The translations under genes and the position numbers were made by a program. From the NCBI RefSeq assembly GCF_002113885.1, contig NW_018408658.1, positions 267,972 through 331,971 of the forward strand: a DNA stretch of 64,000 nt. Direction: 5' to 3'. Of the stretch, positions 51,101-63,765 are shown piece by piece (position 1 is the first letter of the stretch; every line of letters starts with the position of its first letter). Source of the stretch: Mizuhopecten yessoensis. Taxonomy: Eukaryota. Under the pieces are notes generated by a model. It saw only the letters and a program-made list of their open reading frames with translations, was not told the DNA's origin and did no database searches.

Positions 51101-52092
51101 TTACAAACATGTCTTTCCAGCTGAGGAGAGAAAGTGAATTATCGCAATTTTCGTTTTATTCACTTAACTTTTTTGGATTATAAATACTGGCTTTTATTCT
51201 GAACCCATATAATATTCCAACAACATCTCGATCATCGTTATAAATGAGTAATTTATTTTACTTTTAACCTACTGATATCGTACTTTGCGCGGTTTGAAAT
51301 TCTCCCTCTCGAGTGCATACTGTTTCTTTATTATTCAAATCCAACTTTCAACATACATATCATATTATATTTGTATATTATGATACTTATGATTCTTTCT
51401 TGCAATGAATTTTGTAAATGAACAAGTATGTGTTATGTGTGAAACCAGACTCATTGCCATTGTGTTGTCGGTCGACAGCGTGGTACTGTGTACGTTTACT
51501 TCTCACTGAAAGGCCCGGCAATTATGCTGTTTCAGACACAGAAATATTTATCCTAAGCTTTCAAAAAATTCTTAATTATTTTTAAATCGGTTTATCAAAT
51601 CTAAAATATGCGACATACCGTTGCTAAACTTATTTTAAGTAAACTGGGTGATTCTCAGGGGCGGGGTAGGTGAGGTGCTGTCTGAAAAACATCATAAATG
51701 TAAATATTAAATATATCAAATTAGAAGACATGATGATAGATTTTTCTGTTAATGCCAATGTCTGCTAGACGAAATATTTTCTGCTGAAAGAGGACACATG
51801 CTATATGAATAGTCTAACTTATTAAGAAATTTTGATTTGGTATATCAAACAAATTAGGAAAACCAGTGTTTTGTTTGATTAACATAATGAAACGCAGAGA
51901 GAAAATGACAAAATGCATAATAAAAATGGAATTTCTTTGCACAAATGTGAAAGTAATCGATTTGATCTGTTTTCAGTCTTTAGTTAAATCTCTGACAACT
52001 TAACCAAGCCAGATTATTTTAGTGTTTTGTTACTTATTATTTATACTAAAAAGTAAACGTTATCTCCCGTAGATGTATAATGATAACAGTGC

Positions 52093-52218
52093 ATGCTGGG
52101 ATTGCTACAAGATACCAGACCCACCCACACGTCAGTACACCACAAGGAAGTCGATACTCCGATTTCTCCTACTACAGCAAAGAAACATTTTCATGACAAC
52201 ACGAAGACTGACGACCAG
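52093..52218 (+). CDS. Candidate upstream coding exon of the TRIM gene
   Basis: TAG acceptor at 52070-52072, ATG at 52093, 42 open codons (MLGLLQDTRP...KTDDQ), CAG|GTGTGT donor. No recognisable homology. Confidence 0.3.
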
Positions 52219-53384
52219 GTGTGTATACCGTCACAGTGATATATACTGTAATCAAGTTTAATCCCAGGATGATTTACTGTCAGTTTTTTGAAACTTTTAT
52301 TATTTTATTTCACCTAGTTATCAAGAAAAAGAAAGATTGCCGGAAGAATATTACTGAAATGGTTACATATGACTCAAACTTCTCGGTGGTATGCACAATA
52401 TTTTATGGAAAATATATCAGAGACTACGTTTCATGACATATACATGATTGATTAAACCTTTACAAAGCATCAGTATTCAGACTTCACGGTTACCAGTGTC
52501 CACCCTGTACTTGTATATGCGTCTCCGACTATACAGATGAAGCTGCATATATGCATAGATAATGCACATATTTCTTATCGGTTTTGCACTTACGTTTAAC
52601 AAGTCACATTTGTAATGCTAGATAGCTATTATAGATAGCGCGGTGTCTCCGAGCGTGTGTGATTAGACTGTTTATACAGTAGTGTTATCGCACAAAACAC
52701 TAAACTTCTGAGTTACTATCATGACCCCCAACACGAGAACTCCCGAGATAAATTATGACTTAAATCACTCGAGATTACTTATAGTTGGGAAAACCCAATG
52801 ATGTACCAGTGATAATGTAACTGATCAAATATGATTCCAATTTCGAATTACCTGTACTTGAAGAAAAACATCAAATCTGATGGTAAGCACTGTTCACAGT
52901 ATGTATAAGGTATGAATTTACGTTCACAGATTACATTTTATCATCAAAACATTAAAAAGTAACACGAAGTGGCTTTCAATTCTCTGTTTATTTTCGTCAC
53001 GCTACCGCAATTAGTACGCAACTCAAATTGGTACATGGTCATAAAATGTTTTCTATATTATTTTAAAATTAAATTAAAATGTGTATTATTTTCTAATGGT
53101 ATAATTATAAAGATGTTTGTCAGAATTTCCACTTGATGATTTTATTCAGCGACATTTTAAGAGTACACGATGACTTCAAAGAAAACATGTCAGAAAACCA
53201 GAAAACCTGACGACGATACGTTAGAGGATTTTGAAGATGTGAATTATAGGCGTGTTTGATTTTTGAGGTCTGGTCACTATCTGGCAATTGTAGTGTAGTA
53301 TGGTATTTATAAAGCAATATATTTTGTTGCAATCGGCACATCAACTAGTTGAAATAAAAATATGTTTCATAGCCCGTGATATTA

Positions 53385-53700
53385 CTACTACTAATAATAT
53401 ACAACAGGTATATAGCGCCCTATATAATTTGTAAAATTACTCCAAAGCGCTTCACAACATATGGATAATAGTAATGGTTATAATTGTGAAAACAAAAAAC
53501 AAAGGCTTACAATCACTTTTATACATTTAAGCAAGAAATGTGCACATAATTGAACAAATAAAAGGGTGGTATTTACATGACGTCTTTGCAAGGATTCTAA
53601 AATGCAGACGTGAAGAGGTGAGTTTTGATGTCCCTCTTGAACTTGGCCAGGGTATTTGACTTTCTAATAGCAGATGGTAAGCTTTTCCACAACGTAGCCG
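53385..53700 (-). mobile_element. L2-group LINE extreme 3' end
   Basis: Minus strand encodes ATLWKSLPSAIRKSNTLAKFKRDIKTHLF, then a 3' UTR with AAGCGCTTTG...GGCGCTATAT and a short-repeat tail. Confidence 0.8.
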
Positions 53701-54186
53701 AAAACCTCCAAAATCACCTGTTTCCGTAGGTCACAGTACGAGATTTTGGGACACACAACAAAGATTCTGACTCCGACCGCAGTGATCGTGACGGCTGATA
53801 CAGGGTATTATGTAAAATATATTATTTTTATACAATATTTTAGTAATATAAAATTTTGTGTACCGAATCGGGTACCAAACACGGCCGAAAAAACGGATGA
53901 AATCTCTCTCCGAGATTATCCCTCTATCTTTGAAAATAAATTGCTTAGAATCAAAACTGAAAAGAAACATTCCGAATACAAGCTCTGCATTTTAAAATGT
54001 CATTGAGAACTGTCAAAAATGTACCAATTGTTGAAGCCTTACGTTATATACAGTGATGGTGTTGTAAGCGTATGTGTGCCATCAAAACAGGGCAATTACT
54101 CTTACACAAAATCGTCATATTTAAAATACTGGAGACATTTTGTTTGAATTGGAAATGTCTCTAAATAACCGTTTATGTTGTTACAG

Positions 54187-56230
54187 GCAATACAACACCA
54201 GGTGAAGAAAAACCTTCGTACAAATGTTTATTATGCTGTCGACAATGTAACGCCCCCAGACAACTGTCGTCGTGTTTTCATATATTTTGTACGGACTGTC
54301 TGGACACTTACGTCCGGTCAGACCATGTAATTACAGACAACAGGACATACGTACCATGCCCTGTGTGTGACGAACCGTGCTCGACTCCCGATCCCAAGAC
54401 TCCAGTCAGTTATTGGGCTTCCTCGTTTCCGCTTCACCCGTTGTTCCAAACCCCAAATTATATTGAGACAGGAACCGGGGAGACATTTTGCGAAGGGTGT
54501 CTGAGAGATGATGAAAAAAACCACAGCTGAATTCTGGTGTGATGTTTGTATTGAAGACATGTGTAAGCAACGCAGGGTGATGCACAGAAAAATAAAATCC
54601 TTTCCAAACATACAGTGATTGAAATAAGTGCCATTAAGAAAGTTGGATCAGACAAACCTGAACAAATTCCCACTGCGTGTCCCAAGCACCCGGGAAAGGA
54701 ATTGGACACTTACTGCCTCGACCACAATGTACTCTGTTGTATGATGTGTGTGACATTGGCACACAGAGCTTGTCCGAACTTGAATCTTCTCGATGACGTG
54801 GCAAATGGTCCAATGGTCGATAGAGGTTTGGTCGAGAGTGAGTTAAACAAGGTGAAACAGGAAACAAAAATCATCGTTGATGAGGACAACCTCTCATTGA
54901 TTGCGCTCGACTCTGAACATCAGACGATGACTAATCGCATGACCGCAATAATAAAGAAAGCAAAAAATAAACTCGATTTTCTGCACGGTCGTTTCCAAAG
55001 CAGCCTTGATGACACCTACAACCGTAATAAATCAACAAGGAATTTCAAGCAAATATGGATAACACAAATCAACTGTTGGCGCTGATGAACCAATGCGGTT
55101 CTGACCGTCAGAAATTTATCGTTGAAGAACAATCTAAGCTACAAATCGCTAGACACTTTTGTCGAATGCTGCAGAAAACCAAATACAGACGCAATATATT
55201 CAACATGACATTGAACTTTGATGACACAATAGAAAAGGCCATGAACTCGATCACAACTCTAGGAGTTGTAGAGGTGTCACCGTCATTGTCATTGCCCTCA
55301 CTAGACGCCCTCACATCTATCGAGAGACTGATCGGCACACTTAAGACAATACCGCTCGAGTCGTCTTTCGCTGACGGAACAGCGTCCGATGTAATCGATG
55401 AAACAGAAAAGGTACTCCCGTCACAAGAAACACAGCGCGTTGACTTGTGGAACGTGTCTTTGTCCCCTGTCAAGTCAGTGTTGTGTAACTCACGTGGTGG
55501 GTCGAACCAGATATGGCTGACAGGAGGAGTGTTTATTAATGGAGAAGGTCTACTTATCACAGACTACTACGAAAATAGGATTCTACTGTTTGATGATCAT
55601 TATGATTACGTCAGACAGTTTGGCGTGGTCGGCAAACCTTCTCACATCTCACACGGTTTTACTGCCGACGAGGTGCTCATATCGTTATGCAGCAGTCGAA
55701 CCATTCTGCGATGTACACTAAAGGGAGGTGTCTTTACTTTGAACAGCAGAATATCCACTCAGTTCCGTACCTGGGGTACATCTGTCCTCGGAGACAACAT
55801 CCTGGCCGGGTCTACAGACGCTGTACAGATTATATTAACTGATGGGACACTAGTTAAGTCTCTAAATACGAGTGGCGGTACTGCTTACGTCACCGTATCA
55901 CCACGGGGATACTTTTACCACACAGATGATAATGCCATAGTGTGCCGGTCACACCACGGGAAGGAGAAGTTTCGTCAAAATTGTCAGGGTCTGAGAGGAC
56001 CGTGTGGAATTGACGTGGATCAGGATAGTAATGTATATGTGTGTGGTGGGCTTTCTGGGAACGTCCACCTGGTGTCAGCAGACGGAACAAAGGAGAGGGA
56101 ACTCCTCCCCGATCTGTCCGGTATAAGGCGACCTTGCGCTGTATTGGTCCATCCCACAAGACTGGAGTTTATTGTGACGTCATCTATGGAGAACGTGGCG
56201 TTCACAGTTTACAAGTTCTGTGCTGAGTGA
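54187..56230 (+). pseudogene. TRIM-family E3 ligase (RING, two B-boxes, coiled coil, NHL/beta-propeller), frameshifted as assembled
   Basis: After the TTACAG acceptor: C3HC4 RING (CLLC...CFHIFCTDC...CPVC), B-box1 (CEGC...WCDVC), B-box2 (CPKH...YCLDHNVLCCMMCVTLAHRAC), coiled coil, NHL-like PCGIDVDQDSNVYVC. Frame breaks at about 54514-54520, 54601-54608 and 55030. Confidence 0.88.
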
Positions 56231-59200
56231 TTCCTCCTATACCAAACTGTTTAACACTACCACGTATAGACTTGCTGGAGTGGTCTAGAAAGACCTATTC
56301 ATTTAGGGGTTGAGTTATGTATACACACTACAGCGACTGCTAATGAGCTGCCAGAGACAAAAAAAACCCACAGTTTTTCCCATTGAAATTGGTGTATAAA
56401 CTGTTAAGGATGTAAATGAAATGTCCTCACATTTTACAGGAGCATTTCCGCTTTTCCTCGTGTAAAGAAATCTGTCCTGATGTACCCAAATTAGGACAGG
56501 CTCCGCGCATCTTTCCTGCGAGAGCTTATAATAGGACCGCGTCATCAATTTTGCCACACTTCATACGTCACTGATGATGGCGCAGTGCAATGGATTCACC
56601 ATGCAGAACAATCCTGTGTAATCGCGATAGAGAAATCGCAACTCTCCGAATAATACGTTTGGGGTGCTGCACTCGGCAAACACCTGTTTATTATAATTTA
56701 TTCCCTGGGCGCTGAAGTTAAGATATCAGAGACAATTCAGGCTGGGCTGTGGAGGTGATTGACAGCAAATGAAGTGCGTGTACCATGCAGACAAGTTCAT
56801 TTCCTGTAACCTAAAGGTTGTAATCGCAGTGTGAACCTGAATCAAAAGCGTAATCTTCACAACTTACAAGTGTTTTGTGTACCAAAAGCGGGAATATATA
56901 TGATTTATCTGGCTGATATTATGCAAACACGCGGCGTTATCAATAAATCGAATCCTTGTATTTTAAACCAGGCGTTAACTTCAGAGTCTATCTCAGCTGA
57001 CCTGTTTCATTTTAAAATATGTTATTTTTTCTTGTGTTTATAATGTTCTTGTTATAACTATGGATGGACTGGGTCACTCATTATTTGACACATCCTGGTC
57101 CTAACAATATTTAAAATGTGGCTACTCCAATAACTCAAAAAAGTCTGTGTACTGGATATATACATTCTACATAACCAATTTATATCAGTGGCAATCTATA
57201 GGCTTATTCAATTTATGATAGGAATTTTTAACCTTTTTCATTGTCTTTTACTTTGTAGAACTATTTTTGTTCTTCACATTGTTACAAAAATACTTTGGAA
57301 TATTGTATTTCAATATATAACTAGAAACACCATGTCTGCAGTGTTGAATCGCGGGACTTAATTGAAATCAAAAGCACCATGAATTGCAAAAAAACGGTAC
57401 TGTACTATAATTTGCCTAATTATAAATACATCGAGAACAATATCATGATATGGGTTTTGAATACATTAGTTACAGCCGCCACATAACATTACAATAATTT
57501 TAGCTATTCCGATCTTGTTTTCACATAGCAATTAAGACCCTCTCATTACTGTTCATGTATAGCAAACTATGACTGTTCATTTGACCCAAAGAAAAACAAT
57601 CATTGCTTTCTGGACATCTTTCATATTTCAAAACACAGCAGCATTTATAGTGTAAATGTTTTTGATATCATTAGTTAATGATAGCGATTCTATACATACA
57701 CAAATGTGGTTTATACAACTAAATTCTGTAATTTCACTAGTCAGCTTATATAGTTGGGCATTGCATGACCTGCAAGCTAATTGAAATAAAGTTAATTAAT
57801 TAATAAACATTTAAATTACTTAATTCAGGTTTGATGCTTTAATTTCCTTAATTTCCTAATGGCAATGTGTATAAAATTGATTAAAAAGGGTGTTAATTAT
57901 AACAATATCGTTAATTTACAAGCAATTGATGTTGCCATTTTTATCATTTTTTATTTTTCCTATCTCTTCAATCATTAAATCCTTCATTTTACATTAAAAA
58001 AACAATCATCTGTTGTAACTGCATTAAAATTAACAATTAAAAAGATTTTTTTCATCAAATCTTTTCAATATCTATAATTTTACATTTCACGTTGCCTAGT
58101 GATTCAAGAAAATGGTGATTTATTTTAGTTATAGTGCATATCTTACTTCTTTGCTATCCCGGATAAAATTAATAGCTATATACATGCACACGTCTTTTGT
58201 TCGTTGTATTTTCAAACCATTTCGCACGCCAAGGATTGCTTTCCCTTTTTAAAGGAGAGCAACTTGTATGATATGTAATTAATTACCTGAATGAAGTTTA
58301 ATAAAAATAATTTGTCACACCAGAGTCCTTTCATGGTTCTTTAACGAAAATATAATAAACATGTAAGTAATAGCCTCTCACCAAATTAATTCCCCGGCGC
58401 ATAAATGGTGTGTGACGTGTAATGATGTTAGCAGGAATGTTGTGCTACTCTTGCATCATCGCTTGAGCGAGTTCTTGTAAGTAGATGTCAGATCTATAGA
58501 CTGACCAGTTTGGACATTGTTTTGCCTTAGATTTACCTGCTCACGAGACTGATGTGTGACGTTGCGTAGCTTGTTAGAACATGGTATATGCTCCATAAGG
58601 CTACAAAAAGCGGACGACGACAGGTCTCAATATTTCGCCTCGACGGTTCGCAGTCAAGTGTTCGTTGACGTCAACTACAAGTACCACTCCAATCCATGAC
58701 ACTACAGACACCAAAATGGCTGCAACAGACCGCGTTTTCATTGAGGACGCCACATTCTCTGTCCCTATATTGTGGCTAATGACCAATACATAGCGAGAAT
58801 ATAACATGATTCCGCTGTCTTAATAGTCAAAGATGGCTGAGCCCAACAAGATGACTAGCAGAAACTTCTTGATATCTTTTATAACAGTTTTGCAGTTAAA
58901 CAAAAGTGGTTTGACACAACTTCGTATCTTGGAATTAAACACCATGGTCAAATTCGCACCAATATCTTTATGATGACAATTGCACATATTTCTTAAACGC
59001 AAAAAAAATCGGGGATTTATAGATTTCTAGGTGGCGTATCAAGTAACTTTTCTATTATCTTTTTTGTTATTTATGAAACAACAAGAACTGATGTGTACAT
59101 TCTTTAATTGCACAGCATGATCAGGTGTAGACATAAAAGGCCCTGAAGTGTCTCAAGGTGAATGTGAGTGAAACTGATCATACCGAAATCAATTGTAATT

Positions 59201-60451
59201 ATATACAGGATATATTACCAATACATTATAATAAGTAAATCTAACGCAGTATAGAAGCATACAAATGAGGATTCAGTCTTTTACAACCCTCGACATATAG
59301 TTCAATGTTCGTCCATAACCATACTTTAATATTTTTGAACTTTTACACATAAGTGAGATAATAGACAACATACAAAAATGGATTTCTGATGTGATTGAGA
59401 TCCTCTTCTAAAGTTAAACACCATACATTTAATACATGTAATAAATTATAACATATCACACTTACTAATCGTATGCTTCCTTTTGTTCGTATGTCATAAC
59501 ACAGACAATCTGATTAAAATACAAATGTTGATTTATCCCTGAATGCGTAGAGTATAATGAAGATATGTATTTTAATCAAACACGGGAAAATTAACCAAAG
59601 TTCTCAATACAGAGCAGAACATATAATGGAACAAATGGAAGCAAACCCAAAAGTACAACGTTATAAATAGAATTGTTTGAAAGACTGTACGGTATTATAT
59701 GTATAACTGTTAATTTACAAAATATTTATTTTCACGTAAATTTGAATAAAAAATATTGATCGCAATTCAAAACTTCTTTTAACAATTATTCACAACATGA
59801 AAGTTTATGTCTTCGCGAAAACAAAATGGCATTAAAAGAGATCAGTTCGCGAATTTAAGGATGAACAGAATACAATTTATCTACAGAAAAGATTTGAAAG
59901 ACAATGGTTTCATATGACAAGTTCATAAAATAAATATACAAATTCCACAATTCTTGTGTTCTCATTGGTTGTTCACAAATCATATAAACGCTCATTCTTT
60001 ATGTAATAGTGATTCAATTTAACATTGATCTGGTGTCTAATTAGAAGTTGAAATCTTGAATATAATTTCACATTAAAAAAAGGAGATTCAATAATTAAAA
60101 TACCATGAAAACTGTCCTTCGTTCCAAAGTGTTCACCCTTTCTAATAGAATAAGTATTAAGTGAACAACAAATTTGTGCATTACTTTAAATATATTACAA
60201 ATACCTTGATGGGCTAAGGACTAAGTTTATACATGATATGCTTTATGTTACACACATTATAAAAGTAGGTCACTGCTGCCTTATTCACAACGACAAAAAT
60301 GATATCTGTATAATTTTATGAATATGTCGTTCGGAAAACTTTCAACATGTATGTTCATGTTTTGTCAAACCTAAAAGTTCAGGTTGTACACTATCTACAT
60401 GTTCAGATCGTTCTCTGTGTAAATGTTCATGTTGTTCAACAATGTTTACGT

Positions 60452-61454
60452 TCATTTTCTGTCTACAGGTTCAAGTACATGTTCCCAATCCCCTTGTACA
60501 TGTTCCGGTTGTTCCCCATCCTCTTGTTCATATTCCGGTTGTTCCCCATCCCCTTGTACATGTTCCGGTTGTTCCCCATCCCCTTGTACATGTTCCGGTA
60601 GTTCCCAATCCCCTTGTACATGTTCCGGTTGTTCCCAATCCCCTTGTACATGTTCCGGTTGTTCCCCATCCCCTTGTACATATTCCGGTTGTTCCCCATC
60701 CCCTTGTACTTGTTCCGGTTGTTCCCAATCCCCTTGTACATGTTCCGGTTGTTTCCCATCCCCTTGTACATGTCCCGGTTGTTCCCCATCCCCTTGTACA
60801 TGTTCCGGTTGTTCCCCATCTCCTTGTACATGATCCGGTTGTTCCCCATCCCCTTGTACATGTTCCGATTGTTCCCCATCCCCTTGTACATGTTCCGGTT
60901 GATCCCCATCCCCTTGTTCATGTGCCGGTTGTTCCCAATCCCCTTGTACATGTTCCGGTTGTTCCCCATCTCCTTGTACATGATCCGGTTGTTCCCCATC
61001 CCCTTGTACATGTTCCGGTTGTTCCCAATCCCCTTGTACATGTTCCGGTTGTTCCCCATATCCTTGTACATGATCCGGTTGTTCCCCATCCCCTTGTACA
61101 TGTTCCGGTTGTTCCCCATCCTCTTGTACATGTTCAGATTGTTCCCCATGTACATGTTCAGTTTGTACTTCGTCTGTACGCCAATCTGTTACTTCTTCTC
61201 TCTGGGTTGCTTGTGCCCAATCTTGCTGATCAGATCTAAAAACCCTTACGTAATGTGCCATGCTGATCCTATAACAGTGAGGGTACGTTAACCGAACAAG
61301 CCGCCCCTCTCCCATGTTGCTGTAAAACCACCAGCTTCCCTGTGGTAAGCCATCAGCTGAAAATTCCCTATTTGGCACAAAAACTCTCGACACCAAATGT
61401 TGAATATCTGTCGTAGGTCCAGGCACAGTGTACGTAACAGCGGCCAGGTAATAC
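60452..61454 (-). CDS. Terminal exon of an uncharacterised protein: USP-like His-box region plus acidic (EQPEHVQGDG)n tail
   Basis: TTTTACAG acceptor at 61457-61455; open frame YYLAAVTY...QHLVSRVF...GSWWFYSNM...MAHYVR running into about 22 decapeptide repeats; TGA at 60454-60452. Confidence 0.7.
60470..61155. repeat. Coding tandem repeat, 30-bp unit, about 22 copies
   Basis: Unit GTTCCCCATCCCCTTGTACATGTTCCGGTT with no indels across the array. Confidence 0.96.
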
Positions 61455-61830
61455 CTGTAAAACAGGTACAAATCAAAGTGCTTATATATCACAGCCACAT
61501 TTAGATAACAAACAATTGATGATATTTAAGTTAATAAAATACTCGAAATGATATATCGGTAGTTCAATGAATGCATACAATAAATATATTTATCACAGAA
61601 TGTACTGTGTTATCAAATGAATATACCCATGTCATATTTTTTGGAGTATTAACCCATGTAATAAGACCTTTCAGCCCTGTGATTGATTGTAAGTTTCAAT
61701 TATTTTAATTGTGACGTTACGCCTAGGACAAGTACATGACGTCACAAACGTACGCACTGTAGTAAAAAATTGCGGCTTTTTTACATTTCAAGATTGCTGC
61801 CGTTTTATCCGAATAAATGCCACAAATCTT

Positions 61831-61892
61831 GATTATGTGATAAAAAAGATCTTACACTCGTTTTCATTTCATATGAAATTTATGAAACTCGT
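61831..61892. repeat. Dispersed repeat fragment (copy of 16848-16908)
   Basis: GATTATGTGATAAAAAAGATCTTACACTCGTTTTCATTTCATATGAAATTTATGAAACTCG. Confidence 0.75.
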
Positions 61893-62474
61893 ATCATGAA
61901 ATGGAAACTCCTATGAACCTATATGTAAGAAATGTTCGTACAGAATTAAATGGAAGCCAATGCCAATAGAATGGAACACCAATTAAAGTTTTAATTTCTC
62001 AATGAAACTACCAAATATTGATTTTATTTGCAAATGAAATTAAAGAGATTCAGTTTGCTTGTGTTAATAAATTTCAGACTGTTTAGAAAATATTAATCTG
62101 CAGCAACAGTTTAAAAATGAGTATCATAAAAAAGGTGACACATTCTTTGTTTTCTACATTTAAAGTCATATAGTGTTTAAATGATTTATTGATGACAAGG
62201 CACATCCATGCCAATGAAGGATTTTATTTTAACATTGAATTTACCCGTAGATTTGAACACAATCCAGTATATCCAGTGTTTCATGATACACTTACACAAG
62301 TTTCAGATATTCACAATCGGGTTTAATTATACGGTTGATTTCACGTAGTTGTTCCTGAGACAACATCAATATGCACTCTCAGTTCATTTACTTTTTCTCA
62401 AAACTAACAATATGCATCACCTAGTGAAAATATGAGATTGAATCCATATACTATATAATAAATTGTTGACCAAC

Positions 62475-62591
62475 CTTTCACCAGCAAAGGTTATGTTTGG
62501 GCTGATACGGTGTGAATCCTCCTGGAAACTACCGAGATTCGCCAACAGTAGCGACAGGAAAACAGGCGGTCTAGGAAACACCATCACCTGC
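62475..62591 (-). CDS. Penultimate exon of the USP-like protein
   Basis: TAG acceptor at 62594-62592, AG|GTTGGT donor at 62474; 117 bp. Encodes QVMVFPRPPVFLSLLLANLGSFQEDSHRISPNITFAGE; AG+G (Arg) joins YYLAAV in frame. Confidence 0.62.
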
Positions 62592-62689
62592 CTAGATACC
62601 AGACATACAAGTACAATAAGTGGCGTATATTCACTGATAAAATAATCACATGTATTCGCCTGACACATGTAAAACCAACCTCATATCCA

Positions 62690-62935
62690 TCAACTTCTAG
62701 GTAAAGCCAAACTCACAATCTCACACAACCAGCTTCTATGTGAAGCCAATCTCACAAACTCACACAACCATCTTCTATGTAAAGTCAATCTCACAAACTC
62801 ACACAACTATCTTTTCTTATTTGTAAATCCGAAATAAACAGACTCACATCAACATCTTCTTGGTAAAGTCAAACGCGCAGACTCATACCACCAACTTTTA
62901 GGTAAGGCAAAACTCACAAACTCATATCAGCACCT
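62690..62935. repeat. Degenerate tandem repeat, about 39-bp unit
   Basis: AAAGCCAAACTCACAAACTCACACAACCATCTTCTATGT-like, about 6 copies. Confidence 0.7.
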
Positions 62936-63139
62936 TTATGTTCTTGCGTATTAACACTTTTTTCCGTGGAGCAAAAAACATCGAATTATTCTTCGAGCTC
63001 TTATCAAGAATCCAATGGCACTGTTATATCATGAGATACATTATATATTGTCACTCACATTTAAATGTAGAGTGGGTAGTGTCTATATATATGTATATGT
63101 ATTATGGGAGAAACAATATCCATGATTCAGGGTACACAT

Positions 63140-63765
63140 TCTTGATCACTGGAGTTAACACCGCGGTTCCGTGGAGTTAACACTGTGGTTCAGTGGAGTT
63201 GACACCTTGATTCAGTGGAGTTGACACCATGATTCAGTGGAGTTAACACCGTGGTTCAGTTGAGTTAACACTGTGGTTCAGTGGAGTTTACTGTGGCTCA
63301 GTGGAGTTAACACTGTGGTTCAGTGGAGTTAACACCGTGGTTCAGTGGAGTTAACACCGTGGTGCAGTGGAGTTAACACCACGGTTCAGTGGAGTTAACA
63401 CTGTGGTGCAGTGGAGTTAACACCGTAGTTCAGTGGCGTTAACACTGTTGTGCAGTGGAGTTAACATCGTGGTGCAGTGGAGTTAACACCGCGGTTCAGT
63501 GGAGTTTACACCGCGGTTCAGTGGAGTTAACACTGTGGTTTAGTGGAGTTGACACTGTGGTTCAGTGGATTTAACACTGCGGTTAAAAGGAGTTATCACT
63601 GTGGTCCAGTGGAGTTATCACTGTGGTCCAGTGGAGTTATCACTGTGGTCCAGTGGAGTTAACACTGTGGATTACTAGTGATAACACTTTTGATTACTGG
63701 AGTTAACACGGTGGATTACTGGAGTTAACACGGTGATTAAGTGGAGTTAACTGAAGTTGACACCA
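63140..63765. repeat. Tandem repeat, 22-bp unit, about 28 copies
   Basis: Unit CAGTGGAGTTAACACTGTGGTT. Confidence 0.95.

Noticed and set aside
55108-55560. 150-aa ORF on the - strand
   Set aside because: Antisense shadow of the TRIM coding region with no recognisable motif.
58380-58880. GC-richer island that might be an exon or mobile element
   Set aside because: The frames I checked gave no convincing ORF, motif or terminal repeat, so it is left unannotated.
60423-60833. Metallothionein-like Cys-rich ORF (CSPSPCTCSG)n on the + strand
   Set aside because: It is the antisense reading of the 30-bp repeat. Only the - strand EQPEH frame is continuous with unique, splice-supported sequence.
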